Source: Ramlibacter sp. (GTDB taxonomy: Bacteria > Pseudomonadota > Gammaproteobacteria > Burkholderiales > Burkholderiaceae_C). Taken from it: DNA of 64,000 nucleotides. Location of the stretch: positions 2,884 to 66,883 of the forward strand of contig JAGRPN010000363.1 of NCBI GenBank assembly GCA_019449555.1, read 5' to 3'. Shown here piece by piece: positions 23,375-32,609 of this stretch. The position numbers and the translations under genes were made by a program. The notes under the pieces were generated by a model. That model was given only the letters and a program-made list of their open reading frames with translations, did no database searches and was not told where the DNA came from. How positions within the stretch are numbered: position 1 is the stretch's first letter; every line of letters starts with the position of its first letter.

Positions 23375-24082
23375 ATGACCACGATTGCAGACAAGCTCCA
23401 GAGCGTTCACCAGCGCATCGCGGCGGCTTGTGCGCTCGCGCACCGTGACGTGAACGAAGTCACGTTACTAGCCGTATCGAAAACCTTCGGCCCGCAGGCG
23501 GTGCGCGAGGCCTTCGCGGCGGGGCAACTCGCCTTCGGGGAGAACTACATCCAGGAGGCGGTCGAGAAGATCGCTTTGCTGCGCGAGCTGCCGCTGCAGT
23601 GGCATTGCATCGGCCCGATCCAGAGCAACAAGACCCGGCTGGTGGCGACGCAGTTCGACTGGGCCCACACGGTAGACCGCCTGAAAACGGCGCAGCGCCT
23701 GTCGCAGCAGCGGCCCGAGGGGATGGCGCCGTTGCAGATTTGTATCCAGGTGAACATCGACGGCGGCCCCACGAAATCGGGCGTGCCGCCCGGCGAGGTG
23801 CTGCCACTGGCGCGGGAGATTGCCCGGCTGCCGCGGCTCGCATTGCGCGGCCTCATGACGATTCCCGAGCCGGCGCCCGACTTCGCGGCCCAGAAAGCGG
23901 TGCACCTGCGCGCCAGGGAACTGTTCGAGTCCCTGCGCGCGGCGGGGCTCGCGCTGGACACGCTGTCGATGGGGATGACCGCCGACCTGGAGGCCGCGGT
24001 CGCGGCCGGCAGCACCATGGTGAGAATAGGCACCGCGATTTTCGGCGAGCGCTTCAAATCCCCTGCCCCTCCGGGGGAGTAA
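23375..24082 (+). CDS. yggS: PLP homeostasis protein (YggS/PROSC family)
   Basis: LLAVSKT, FGENYIQE, WHCIGPIQSNK, LSMGMTAD, VRIGTAIFG. Divergent from pilT as is usual. Confidence 0.94.
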   Translation: MTTIADKLQSVHQRIAAACALAHRDVNEVTLLAVSKTFGPQAVREAFAAGQLAFGENYIQEAVEKIALLRELPLQWHCIGPIQSNKTRLVATQFDWAHTVDRLKTAQRLSQQRPEGMAPLQICIQVNIDGGPTKSGVPPGEVLPLAREIARLPRLALRGLMTIPEPAPDFAAQKAVHLRARELFESLRAAGLALDTLSMGMTADLEAAVAAGSTMVRIGTAIFGERFKSPAPPGE

Positions 24083-24108
24083 ATCACTTCTGCGGCATGG
24101 TGACCTGC

Positions 24109-25602
24109 CTAGTCCTGCGTCGCCTGTCGCACCGCATGTTCCCAGCGCGCCATCAGTTCGGCGGCGCGGCCGCTGTCCAGCGCGGGCTCGAAACGGTGCT
24201 GGGCCTTCCACAGCCCGGACAGCTCGCCGGTGCCGCTGTACACGCCGCTGGCCAGCCCCGCCAGCCACGCCGCCCCGAGGGCGGTGGTCTCGGTGACGGC
24301 GGGCCGCACGACGGCGATGCCCAGCAGGTCGGCCTGGAACTGCATCAGCAGGTCGTTGACACAGGCGCCGCCGTCCACGCGCAGTTCGGCCAGCGGCGCG
24401 CCACCGGCAGCAACCGCGTCCCGGCTCATAGCCTGCAGCAGCGCGCTGCTCTGGTACGCAATGCTCTCCAGCGCCGCGCGCGCGATATGGGCCATCGTGG
24501 TGCCACGGGTGAGGCCGGTGATCGTGCCGCGGGCGTCCGGCTTCCAGTAGGGCGCGCCCAGGCCGGTGAACGCCGGCACCATCATCACGCCGCCCGAATC
24601 GGCCACGCTTTCCGCCAGCGCCTGCACCTCGCCGCTGGCCCTGATGGCGCGCAAGCCGTCGCGCAGCCACTGCACGACCGCCCCGCCCACGAATACGCTG
24701 CCCTCGGTCGCGAACTCCCGCCCCGCGGTGACCTGCGCGGCGCTGGTCGTCAACAGCCCGTTGGACGAGGTCTGGAACTTCGAGCCGGTGTGCATCAGCA
24801 TGAAGCAGCCGGTGCCATAGGTGTTCTTGGCCATGCCCTCGCTGAAACACGCCTGCCCGAACAGCGCGCTCTGCTGGTCGCCGGCCACCCCGCCGATCAG
24901 GATGGGTGCGCCAAGCAGCGCCGCCTGCGTTTGGCCGAAGTGGGCGCTCGAAGGCAGCACCCGCGGCATGAGTTGTTCCGGGATGCCCAGCAGCGCCAGC
25001 AGCTCGCCGTCCCACTGGTTGTCGTGCACGTTGAACAGCATGGTGCGCGAAGCGTTGGTCACATCGGTGGCGTGCAGGGCGCCGCCGGTCAATTGCCACA
25101 ATAGCCAGCTGTCGATGGTGCCGAACGCGAGCTCCCCGCGCTCGGCCTGCGCCCGTGCCCCGCCCACCTGATCCAGCAGCCATTTGATCTTCGTGGCCGA
25201 GAAGTAGGAATCGATCAGGAGCCCGGTGCGCGACTGGATCAGCGCCGCATGCCCCGCCTCGCGCAATTGCGCGCAAACGGGCTCACCGCGCCGGTCCTGC
25301 CACACGATCGCGTGGTGGATTGGGTGGCCCGTCTTGCGGTTCCAGATCACGGTGGTCTCGCGCTGGTTGGTGATGCCCAACGCGCTGATGTCGCCGGCCT
25401 TCAGGCCGACTTCGGCCATCGCCTGGCGCGCCGTCGCGAGCTGGCCGCGCCAGATCTCCATCGGGTCGTGCTCGACCCAGCCGGGACGCGGATAGATCTG
25501 CGGCAGTTCCTGCTGGGCCACCGACACCGGATGGCCCTGCGCGTCGAACACGATGCTGCGCGAGCTGGAAGTTCCCTGGTCGAGTGCGAGCAGATAGGTC
25601 AT
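24109..25602 (-). CDS. glpK: Glycerol kinase
   Basis: [62 protein letters not shown]. Confidence 0.95.
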   Translation of the reverse strand: MTYLLALDQGTSSSRSIVFDAQGHPVSVAQQELPQIYPRPGWVEHDPMEIWRGQLATARQAMAEVGLKAGDISALGITNQRETTVIWNRKTGHPIHHAIVWQDRRGEPVCAQLREAGHAALIQSRTGLLIDSYFSATKIKWLLDQVGGARAQAERGELAFGTIDSWLLWQLTGGALHATDVTNASRTMLFNVHDNQWDGELLALLGIPEQLMPRVLPSSAHFGQTQAALLGAPILIGGVAGDQQSALFGQACFSEGMAKNTYGTGCFMLMHTGSKFQTSSNGLLTTSAAQVTAGREFATEGSVFVGGAVVQWLRDGLRAIRASGEVQALAESVADSGGVMMVPAFTGLGAPYWKPDARGTITGLTRGTTMAHIARAALESIAYQSSALLQAMSRDAVAAGGAPLAELRVDGGACVNDLLMQFQADLLGIAVVRPAVTETTALGAAWLAGLASGVYSGTGELSGLWKAQHRFEPALDSGRAAELMARWEHAVRQATQD

Positions 25603-25666
25603 GCGAGTCTCCCACGAGCGCGCATCCTAACGCGCCCACCGTGACGGCGAGGCTCCGGAAGCTGCG

Positions 25667-28090
25667 TTACGGCCTGCGCCGCGCGCCTTCGTCGCCGGGC
25701 TGGCGTTCCCCGGCTCGTTCGCTCGCGGCTTCGCGCCGCGCCGATGCGGCGCGTTCGCGAGGCTGCGCTCGTTCGTCGCGCTGCTGCGCAGAGGCGGCGG
25801 AAGCACTGGGAGCGGCCCGCGGCGCTGCGGCGGGAGCCGCCGCGGCGGCACGCGGCGGCACCGGGGGCACACGTGGAGCGGCGGCCGCCGGCGCGCTCGC
25901 GGGAGCTTCAAGCTGGCGTGGCTGCGCTCTTTCGCTCGCCGCGGCGCGCGGCCGGGCTTCGGGCGGGGCTTGTCCGCCCTGCCGGGCTTCGCCCGTTTCG
26001 GGTCGCTCGTTCGCTGCCCGGCCCATTGGGCGAGCGCCCGGGCTGGGCGCCTCGCCGGTGGGCGCGCCCGAAGGCACGGACACCGCAGGCGGCGCGCGCC
26101 TCGGCGCGGCTGGCGCAGCCGGTGCTTCGCTGGCGGGCGCCGCCGGGGCGGAAGCGCGCGCTGCCCGGGATGCCGCCGCGGGGGGCGGGGAGACCGCCGG
26201 CGCGGGCGCCGAGGCGCGGGGGGCGGCAAACGCGGGCGGGCGCGCCGCTTCCGGCATCGGCCTGCGTGGCGTGGCCGGCGCAGGCGTAGCGGCTTCGGCG
26301 CTGGCCGGCCTGGCGCCCGGCTGCGCTGCTTCGGGTCCCGAAGCAGGTGCGGGGGCGGATGCAGCGGGCGCAGTTCGTGGAGGTGCCAGCGCCGGTCGCG
26401 GCGGCGCAGCCGGCGCAGAGGCCGCAGCGGGTGCGGCTCGCGCTGCGGGTGGCGGGCTGGCCGCGGGTGCCGGCGCAGGCGCGGAGGCGGGCGCCCTGGC
26501 GGCGGGCGGCCGCGCCGATGCCGCTGCGCTGGCCGGCTTCGCGGGCGGCGGGGCCGCCGGCTTGGTCGGCTGCACGACCTTGACGGCGGGGGCCGGTGCG
26601 GAGGCCGACGGTGCCGGCTTCAGGGCTGCTGTTGCGGCTGCGTCCAGCGGCTTGCCCGGGTTCGCGGCGAGCGCGCTCTGCCTGGCCTCGAAGGGGACCG
26701 GCGGCGGCGGCGGCGCCACCTGTGCAACCACGGGCCGGGCCTGCGCGGGCTGCGGCGGCTTGGCGCTCGCGGCCGGCGCGGCACCCACCACACTGGCGCG
26801 CACCGGCGCGACGGGCGGCACGGCCATGGCCGGCGCGCTGGCCGCCATTTCGCGCGTGACGTTGATGGTTTCCTTCGCGACCGGCTTGGATTGCGAGAAC
26901 ACCGCCGCCAGCACCGCGATCATCGCGCCCGGAAGCTGCTGGTTGGCGTACGTCACGTTGGCGGGCCTGCTGTTGCCATACAGGTTGGTGACGGCCGTCC
27001 GGTTGACCACCGTGTTGCTGATGTTGACGTTGGTGAAGTACTCGCGGCTGGCCGCATAGGCGGGGCGGTACACCTCGCGCGGGGCCAGCGGGAACCACGC
27101 GATCGCACGATCGCCGCCCCCGCCGCGCGCGCCGCCGGTTCCGACGAAAGCAACCAGCGCCGGTGCGTACACGGCCCGGGCGGTGGTTGGCCCGGGGACC
27201 CAGGCCCAGGTCCGGTCCACATACGCCCAGCGCCCGTAATGGGAAGGAGCGAACCCCCACGGCGCCGCGTCCACCCAGGTCCAGCCCCACGGCTCCACCC
27301 AGGCCCAATGCCCCTCGCGATAGGGTGCCCAGCCGGCCGGGACCCGGTTGGGGATCCAGACGAACCCGTACGCGTCGACCTTGCGCCAGGTGCCGTACTG
27401 GTCCAGGTCCTCATAGCCGATCACGTCCGGCGCGACGTAGCGGCGCGACACCGCCCCGTCCCAGCGGCGGTCGCGTTCATCCGACCAGCGTTCGAGTGCA
27501 TCCGCGGGCACCACCGCGAAGGTGTCGTAGTCGGTCAGGCCGCTGCCGTAGAAGCGATAGGTCAGGCGCTCGCCGATGACGAACGCGCGCCCTTCGCCAT
27601 AGACCTCGGCCAGGCCGCTGCGCACCGCGACCAGCGTCGCGTCGCCATTGGGATCGACTTCGATGCGGTAGCGGCCGGGCCGGCGGATCGAGAAGGCCAG
27701 GTTCGGCGTGTCGATCTCGAAGGTCTCGCCCCGGTCGAGCCGCCGCACCCGGATGCTGAGCGTGCCTTGCGTCAGTTCCATCTGCACGGTGCGATCGTCC
27801 ACGTTCAGCAGCGCCAGGCTGGTGGCGCCGCCCGCTCGAATCGCCGCGCTCCCGAGCTGCAATTCCGCTCGTGCGCCGCGATCGACCCAGAGCCGGTCGC
27901 CGGTGACCAGCGGGCGATTGACGACCGCGCGGACCCAGTCCCTTTCGCCACCGGGCGAGAAACTCGCGTCGCCAGTGACGTAGGCCAGACGCGCCACGCG
28001 CGCCGGCGGATCCGCGTGAGCCCACCCGGCGAGCAGGCATCCCACGAACGCGAACAGCAGCGGGGTGAAGAACTTTCGAACCGAAGTCAT
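25667..28090 (-). CDS. Exported FecR-like / DUF6600-type protein with WxP-rich region and long Pro/Ala-rich C-terminal tail
   Basis: Signal peptide, DPPARVARL, N.P...GDRLW, WAPYREGHWAWVEPWGWTWVDAAPWGFAPSHYGRW, then over 300 aa of low-complexity P/A sequence. Confidence 0.75.
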   Translation of the reverse strand: MTSVRKFFTPLLFAFVGCLLAGWAHADPPARVARLAYVTGDASFSPGGERDWVRAVVNRPLVTGDRLWVDRGARAELQLGSAAIRAGGATSLALLNVDDRTVQMELTQGTLSIRVRRLDRGETFEIDTPNLAFSIRRPGRYRIEVDPNGDATLVAVRSGLAEVYGEGRAFVIGERLTYRFYGSGLTDYDTFAVVPADALERWSDERDRRWDGAVSRRYVAPDVIGYEDLDQYGTWRKVDAYGFVWIPNRVPAGWAPYREGHWAWVEPWGWTWVDAAPWGFAPSHYGRWAYVDRTWAWVPGPTTARAVYAPALVAFVGTGGARGGGGDRAIAWFPLAPREVYRPAYAASREYFTNVNISNTVVNRTAVTNLYGNSRPANVTYANQQLPGAMIAVLAAVFSQSKPVAKETINVTREMAASAPAMAVPPVAPVRASVVGAAPAASAKPPQPAQARPVVAQVAPPPPPVPFEARQSALAANPGKPLDAAATAALKPAPSASAPAPAVKVVQPTKPAAPPPAKPASAAASARPPAARAPASAPAPAPAASPPPAARAAPAAASAPAAPPRPALAPPRTAPAASAPAPASGPEAAQPGARPASAEAATPAPATPRRPMPEAARPPAFAAPRASAPAPAVSPPPAAASRAARASAPAAPASEAPAAPAAPRRAPPAVSVPSGAPTGEAPSPGARPMGRAANERPETGEARQGGQAPPEARPRAAASERAQPRQLEAPASAPAAAAPRVPPVPPRAAAAAPAAAPRAAPSASAASAQQRDERAQPRERAASARREAASERAGERQPGDEGARRRP

Positions 28091-28259
28091 GACTGTGTCC
28101 TCGTCGGATGGTTGCGCCGCCAGGCACGGCAACGCAGCCACGCAGGAACGCGAGGCTGCGCCTGCAGAGTACGGGCTGCAGCCGACGCGCCGCGCAGGCG
28201 GAGGGCGCGAAACTTCGTCGGCGTTCTCCGACTGCCGGGCAGCCGGCCCGCCCGTGCGT

Positions 28260-28742
28260 TCAGACGCCGAGCGCCAGCCGGGTCGTGCTCTTGACCTCTT
28301 CCATCACGGCATAAGTGCGGGTCTCGCGCACGCCCGGCAACTGCCACAGCACCGTGCCCGCGAACTCGCGGTAGGCCTGCATGTCGGCCATCCGGGTCTT
28401 GAGCAGGTAGTCGAAGCCGCCGGCGACCATGTGGCATTCCATGATCTCCTCGTGCGCCTGCACCGCGGCCTTGAAAGCCTCGAACACGTTGGGGGTGGTG
28501 CGATCGAGCAGCACCTCGACGAACACCAGCATGCCGGCCCCCAGTTTGAGCGGATTCAGGCGGGCCTCGTAGCCCAGGATGTAGCCTTCGCGCGTCAGGC
28601 GCTGCACGCGCGCCAGCACTGCCGTCGGCGATAGCGCCACGCTTTCCGCCAGCTTGAGATTGGAGAGGCGGCCGTCGCGCTGCAGGACATTCAGGATTTT
28701 CAGGTCGATGCGGTCAACATCGGCTAAAGATTCACTCATCAT
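28260..28742 (-). CDS. putR: Lrp/AsnC-family regulator, probable proline utilization regulator
   Basis: DRIDLKILNVLQRDGR, LSPTAVLARVQRL, ECHMVAGGFDYLLK, ETRTYAVMEEVK. Divergent from putA. Confidence 0.85.
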   Translation of the reverse strand: MMSESLADVDRIDLKILNVLQRDGRLSNLKLAESVALSPTAVLARVQRLTREGYILGYEARLNPLKLGAGMLVFVEVLLDRTTPNVFEAFKAAVQAHEEIMECHMVAGGFDYLLKTRMADMQAYREFAGTVLWQLPGVRETRTYAVMEEVKSTTRLALGV

Positions 28743-28756
28743 TAGAGAATTATCCC

Positions 28757-28787
28757 GTGAAATCGGCTAATTTGGCGTGAAATTCAC
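28757..28787. promoter_or_regulatory. AT-rich putR/putA divergent promoter with repeated GTGAAAT and palindrome GTGAAATTCAC
   Basis: GTGAAAT at 28757 and 28777, palindrome 28777-28787. Assignment to PutR is inference. Confidence 0.35.
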
Positions 28788-28836
28788 TGCGAAGCGCGCC
28801 ACCATCGCAGCATCCGCGTTTCCACCGAGCCACGCC

Positions 28837-31800
28837 ATGACCTCACAGCGCCTGCCCCTGCCGTACCGGCCCGAGGCCGACATCGTCCGCCGCCATTTGC
28901 ATGCCCTGGGTCCGGGCCTCGATTGGGCGGCGGTCGCGCGCACGGCCCGGCCCTGGGTGCAGGCCGTGCGCGAGCACCCGCCGCCGTTCTGGGCGATGGA
29001 AAGCCTGTTGAAGGAGTACCCGATCTCCAGCGCCGAAGGGCTGGCGCTGATGCGCCTTGCCGAAGCGCTATTGCGCGTGCCGGATGCGCAGACCGCCATT
29101 GCGCTGACGGCGGACCAGCTCGGGCGCGCGGATTTCGAGGGCACCGGCGACAGCGCGCTGGCGCGCCTGTCGCAGACCGCGATCGCCCTGTCGAAAAGAT
29201 TCCTGCCCGATCCTTCGACCGGCTCCGGGCAGCCGGCGCATGAGACGGGCCTGTGGGCCAAACTCGGCGCGCGCAGCGTCGTGGCGGCAACCTTGCGCGC
29301 CGTGCAATTGCTGGGCCGCCAGTTCGTGCTGGGGCAGGACATGGCCGAGGCGTTGCACGAATCGGACGTGGCCCGGCGCAAGAGCGAGAGCCTGCGCGTT
29401 CCGCCGCCGGGCCGCCCCAAGGCGGAACAGCCCCCTCGGGGGGCAGCGCAGCCCGAAGGGCAAGCGTGGGGGCTAAGGTATTCCTACGACATGCTGGGCG
29501 AAGGTGCGCGCACCGATCACGACGCGCTGCGCTACCTCGCGAGTTACGAGCACGGCATCGACGCGATCGGCGGCCGCTCCCGCGCCGACCGGCCGGTGGA
29601 AGCCAACGACGGCATCTCGATCAAGCTCAGTGCGCTGCATCCGCGCTACGAGGAAGCGCAGCGCGAACGCGTGCTGGCCGAGCTGGTGCCGCGCGTGTGG
29701 ACGCTCTGCGAGCGCGCCGCCCGGGCCCACATCGGCCTCACCATCGATGCCGAGGAAGTCGACCGGCTCGAACTGTCGCTGGAAGTGTTCGAGGCGCTGG
29801 CGGCCCGCGTGGCCGAGCAGCTTCCGCAGTGGCAGGGCTTCGGGCTGGCGCTGCAGTCGTACCAGACCCGCGCCCTGGAGCTGGTCGAGCATGTCGCCGT
29901 GCTCGCGCGCCGCTTGCGGCTGCGCCTGATGTGCCGGCTGGTCAAGGGCGCCTACTGGGACGCCGAGATCAAGCGGGCGCAGGAGCTCGGCATGCCGCAT
30001 TACCCGGTGTTCACGCACAAGCACCACACGGATATCTCGTACCTCGCTTGCGCCCGGGCCCTATTGCAGGCGCAGGACGTGATCTACCCGCAGTTCGCCA
30101 CCCACAACGCGGGCACCATCGCGGCGATCCTGCAGATGGCAGCGGGCACGTCGCCGACCTTCGAGCTGCAGCGGCTGCACGGCATGGGTGTGGGCGTGTA
30201 TCGCGAAGTCTCGCGATACGCGCCGCATGTTCCGGTGCGCCTGTACGCGCCGGTCGGGCAGCACCGCGACCTGCTCGCGTATCTCGTGCGCCGCCTGCTC
30301 GAAAACGGCGCCAACAATTCGTTCGTGCACCAGCTCGCCGACGAATCGGTCGGCATGGACCGGCTGCTGGCGTCGCCGCTGCGCCTGGAAGCCACGCCGT
30401 CGCTGCCCTCGCCCCCACGCATATTCGGCGCGCAGCGCCAGAACAGCACGGGCGTGGACCTCGCGGTGCAAGCCATGCGCGAGCCCTTATTGGCGGCGCT
30501 GGAGGCAACGCAGGTCCCCGCCGTGCCTGCCTTCGATGCCGCCCAGGCCGGCGCGGCGGTCGCGCGCTCGGCCTCGGCGTACCCGGCTTGGCGCGGGGCG
30601 CCGGTCCGCGCCCGCGCGGCCGTGCTGCGGCAGGCGGCCGATGCCATGGAAGCGCAGTTGGCGCGCCTGTGCGCGCTGCTGTTGAAGGAGGCGTTCAAGA
30701 CCTGGGGCGACTGCGTGGCCGAAGTGCGCGAGGCGGTGGACTACCTGCGCTACTACGCCAACGAAGCCGAGCGGATCATGCAGCCCATCGCGCTGCCCGG
30801 ACGCGACGGCCAGGCGATGCTCGGCATCACCGGCGAGAGCAACGAATTGCGCCTGACGCCGCGCGGGCCCTGGGTGTGCATCAGCCCCTGGAATTTCCCG
30901 CTCGCGATCTTCACCGGCCAGGTGGCCGCGGCGCTGGCCACCGGCAATACGGTGCTGGCCAAGCCGGCCGAGCAGACGCCCGCCATCGCGCTGGAAGCGG
31001 TCAAGCTGTTGCACGCCGCCGGCGTCCCGCGCGACGCGCTGCAGTTGCTGCACGGGCCGGGCGAGACCGTGGGCGCCGCGCTGGTGGCGCAGCCAGGCAT
31101 CGCCGGCGTCGTGTTCACCGGTTCCACGCAGGTGGCCAGGATCATCCAGCGCTCGCTCGCCGCCAAGGACGGTCCGATCGTGCCGCTGATCGCGGAAACC
31201 GGCGGCATCAACGCGATGGTGGTCGACTCCACCGCGCTGCCCGAGCAGGTGACCGACGCCGTGATGCAAAGTGCGTTCCGCTCCGCCGGCCAGCGCTGTT
31301 CGGCGCTGCGGCTGCTGTGCGTACACGAGAGCATTGCCGACGGCGTGATCGAGATGGTGCGCGGCGCGGCGCGCGAACTGGTGACGGGGGACCCCGCGCA
31401 ATTGCGCACCGACGTCGGCCCCGTGATCGACGCACAAGCGTACGAGGGTCTGCAAGAGCAACTGCGCCGGCTGCATGCGCAGGCCCGCGCGCTGCTGCCG
31501 CCGGGTGAGTTCCCGCCGGCCACGCGCCTGATCCCGCCGCAAGCGTTCGAGGTCGAGCGCATTGCCGACGTGCAGCAGGAGATCTTCGGTCCGGTGCTGC
31601 ACATCGTGCGCTGGGGCGGCGACCCGCTGGCCGTGATCGACCAGGTCAACGCGCTGGGCTACGGCCTGACGCTCGGCATCCAGACCCGCATCGACAGCCG
31701 CGCGCTCGCGTTGGCGGCGCGCGCGCACATCGGCAACGTCTACGTCAACCGCAACATGATCGGCGCCGTGGTGGGGGTGCAGCCGTTCGGCGGCGAAGGG

Positions 31801-31929
31801 CTGTCCGGCAGCGGCCCGAAGGCCGGCGGCCCGCATTACCTGTATCGCTTCTGCGCCGAGCAGACGCTCACCATCAACACGACGGCAGCGGGCGGCAACG
31901 TGCAGCTGCTGGCGCAGATCGCGTCCTAG
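28837..31929 (+). CDS. putA: Bifunctional proline dehydrogenase / P5C (glutamate semialdehyde) dehydrogenase, no N-terminal RHH domain
   Basis: SYDMLGE, ISIKLSALHPRY, IDAEE, RLVKGAYWD, FATHN, YLVRRLLENGAN, ISPWNFPLAIF, FTGS, ETGG, GQRCSA, EIFGP. Confidence 0.95.
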   Translation: MTSQRLPLPYRPEADIVRRHLHALGPGLDWAAVARTARPWVQAVREHPPPFWAMESLLKEYPISSAEGLALMRLAEALLRVPDAQTAIALTADQLGRADFEGTGDSALARLSQTAIALSKRFLPDPSTGSGQPAHETGLWAKLGARSVVAATLRAVQLLGRQFVLGQDMAEALHESDVARRKSESLRVPPPGRPKAEQPPRGAAQPEGQAWGLRYSYDMLGEGARTDHDALRYLASYEHGIDAIGGRSRADRPVEANDGISIKLSALHPRYEEAQRERVLAELVPRVWTLCERAARAHIGLTIDAEEVDRLELSLEVFEALAARVAEQLPQWQGFGLALQSYQTRALELVEHVAVLARRLRLRLMCRLVKGAYWDAEIKRAQELGMPHYPVFTHKHHTDISYLACARALLQAQDVIYPQFATHNAGTIAAILQMAAGTSPTFELQRLHGMGVGVYREVSRYAPHVPVRLYAPVGQHRDLLAYLVRRLLENGANNSFVHQLADESVGMDRLLASPLRLEATPSLPSPPRIFGAQRQNSTGVDLAVQAMREPLLAALEATQVPAVPAFDAAQAGAAVARSASAYPAWRGAPVRARAAVLRQAADAMEAQLARLCALLLKEAFKTWGDCVAEVREAVDYLRYYANEAERIMQPIALPGRDGQAMLGITGESNELRLTPRGPWVCISPWNFPLAIFTGQVAAALATGNTVLAKPAEQTPAIALEAVKLLHAAGVPRDALQLLHGPGETVGAALVAQPGIAGVVFTGSTQVARIIQRSLAAKDGPIVPLIAETGGINAMVVDSTALPEQVTDAVMQSAFRSAGQRCSALRLLCVHESIADGVIEMVRGAARELVTGDPAQLRTDVGPVIDAQAYEGLQEQLRRLHAQARALLPPGEFPPATRLIPPQAFEVERIADVQQEIFGPVLHIVRWGGDPLAVIDQVNALGYGLTLGIQTRIDSRALALAARAHIGNVYVNRNMIGAVVGVQPFGGEGLSGSGPKAGGPHYLYRFCAEQTLTINTTAAGGNVQLLAQIAS
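29398..29472 (+). repeat. Palindromic element apparently inserted in frame in putA (about 25 codons)
   Basis: Hairpins GCCCCC-TCG-GGGGGC (29430-29444) and GCCC-GAA-GGGC (29451-29461). Encodes a P/G/A-rich peptide just before the conserved YSYDMLGE. Confidence 0.65.
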
Positions 31930-32609
31930 CGCGCGGCCCAGCCCCCGGAGACGGGGAATGCCTGCCCGACGAAGCAGTCGGCCGCCTCGCTGCACAGGTA
32001 GGCCGCGAACTGCGCATCCTCGCGCGCCGAAACGAGCCGCCCCAGCGGCACCTCGCGCTGCAGCCGCTCCTGGAAACGCGCATTGGCTTGCACCTCGGGC
32101 GGGAAGTAGGTCGGGTTGTCGACGAAATTCTGCGCGATCGCATTGACCTGCACGTTGTGCGGCGCGGCCTCGACGCCCAGCGCCTGCACGTAGGCCAATT
32201 GCGCGCCGCGCGCTGCGCTGTAGCTGGAAGCGCGCTTCATGCCGCGCAGCGCCGAGGCGCTGCCGATCACCAGGATCTTGCCTTTGCGCCGTTCCATCAT
32301 CTGCGGCAGCACGGCCCGTACCAGCCGCGGCAGCGGATCGACCAGGTGCGCGAACACCGACCGCCATTCGTCTTCCTGGACTTCGTGCGCCGGCGTGCTG
32401 GGCGCCGGCAGCGCGAGGTGCGCGACGAGGATGTCGACCGTGCCGGCCGCCGCGACGATCCGCGCCGGCAGCGCCGGGTCCACCAGCGCACGTTCGTCCT
32501 CGATCACGGTCGCGCCCTGCCGGGCGAACTCCGCGCACAGCGCCGGACCCATGAAGTCGCGGCACTGCGTCACCAGCACGCGCTTGCCGGCCAGCGCGGA
32601 TGCATTCAT
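31926..32609 (-). CDS. hheD: Halohydrin dehalogenase (haloalcohol dehalogenase/epoxidase), HheD-like SDR-fold enzyme, 227 aa
   Basis: T-X4-F-X-G (TQCRDFMG) replaces TGxxxGxG, S-X12-Y-X3-R triad (SASALRGMKRASSYSAAR), QNFVDNPTYF loop. Confidence 0.85.
   Translation of the reverse strand: MNASALAGKRVLVTQCRDFMGPALCAEFARQGATVIEDERALVDPALPARIVAAAGTVDILVAHLALPAPSTPAHEVQEDEWRSVFAHLVDPLPRLVRAVLPQMMERRKGKILVIGSASALRGMKRASSYSAARGAQLAYVQALGVEAAPHNVQVNAIAQNFVDNPTYFPPEVQANARFQERLQREVPLGRLVSAREDAQFAAYLCSEAADCFVGQAFPVSGGWAAR

Noticed and set aside
25667-26800. Possible tandem repeat array or CRISPR in the very GC-rich stretch
   Set aside because: No fixed-length repeat-spacer units. It is low-complexity Pro/Ala coding sequence, and no cas genes are present.
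24109-32609. glpK as downstream partner of the halohydrin dehalogenase (chloropropanol to glycerol)
   Set aside because: The genes are over 6 kb apart and separated by unrelated genes, with no epoxide hydrolase present. The link is only a biochemical coincidence on current evidence.
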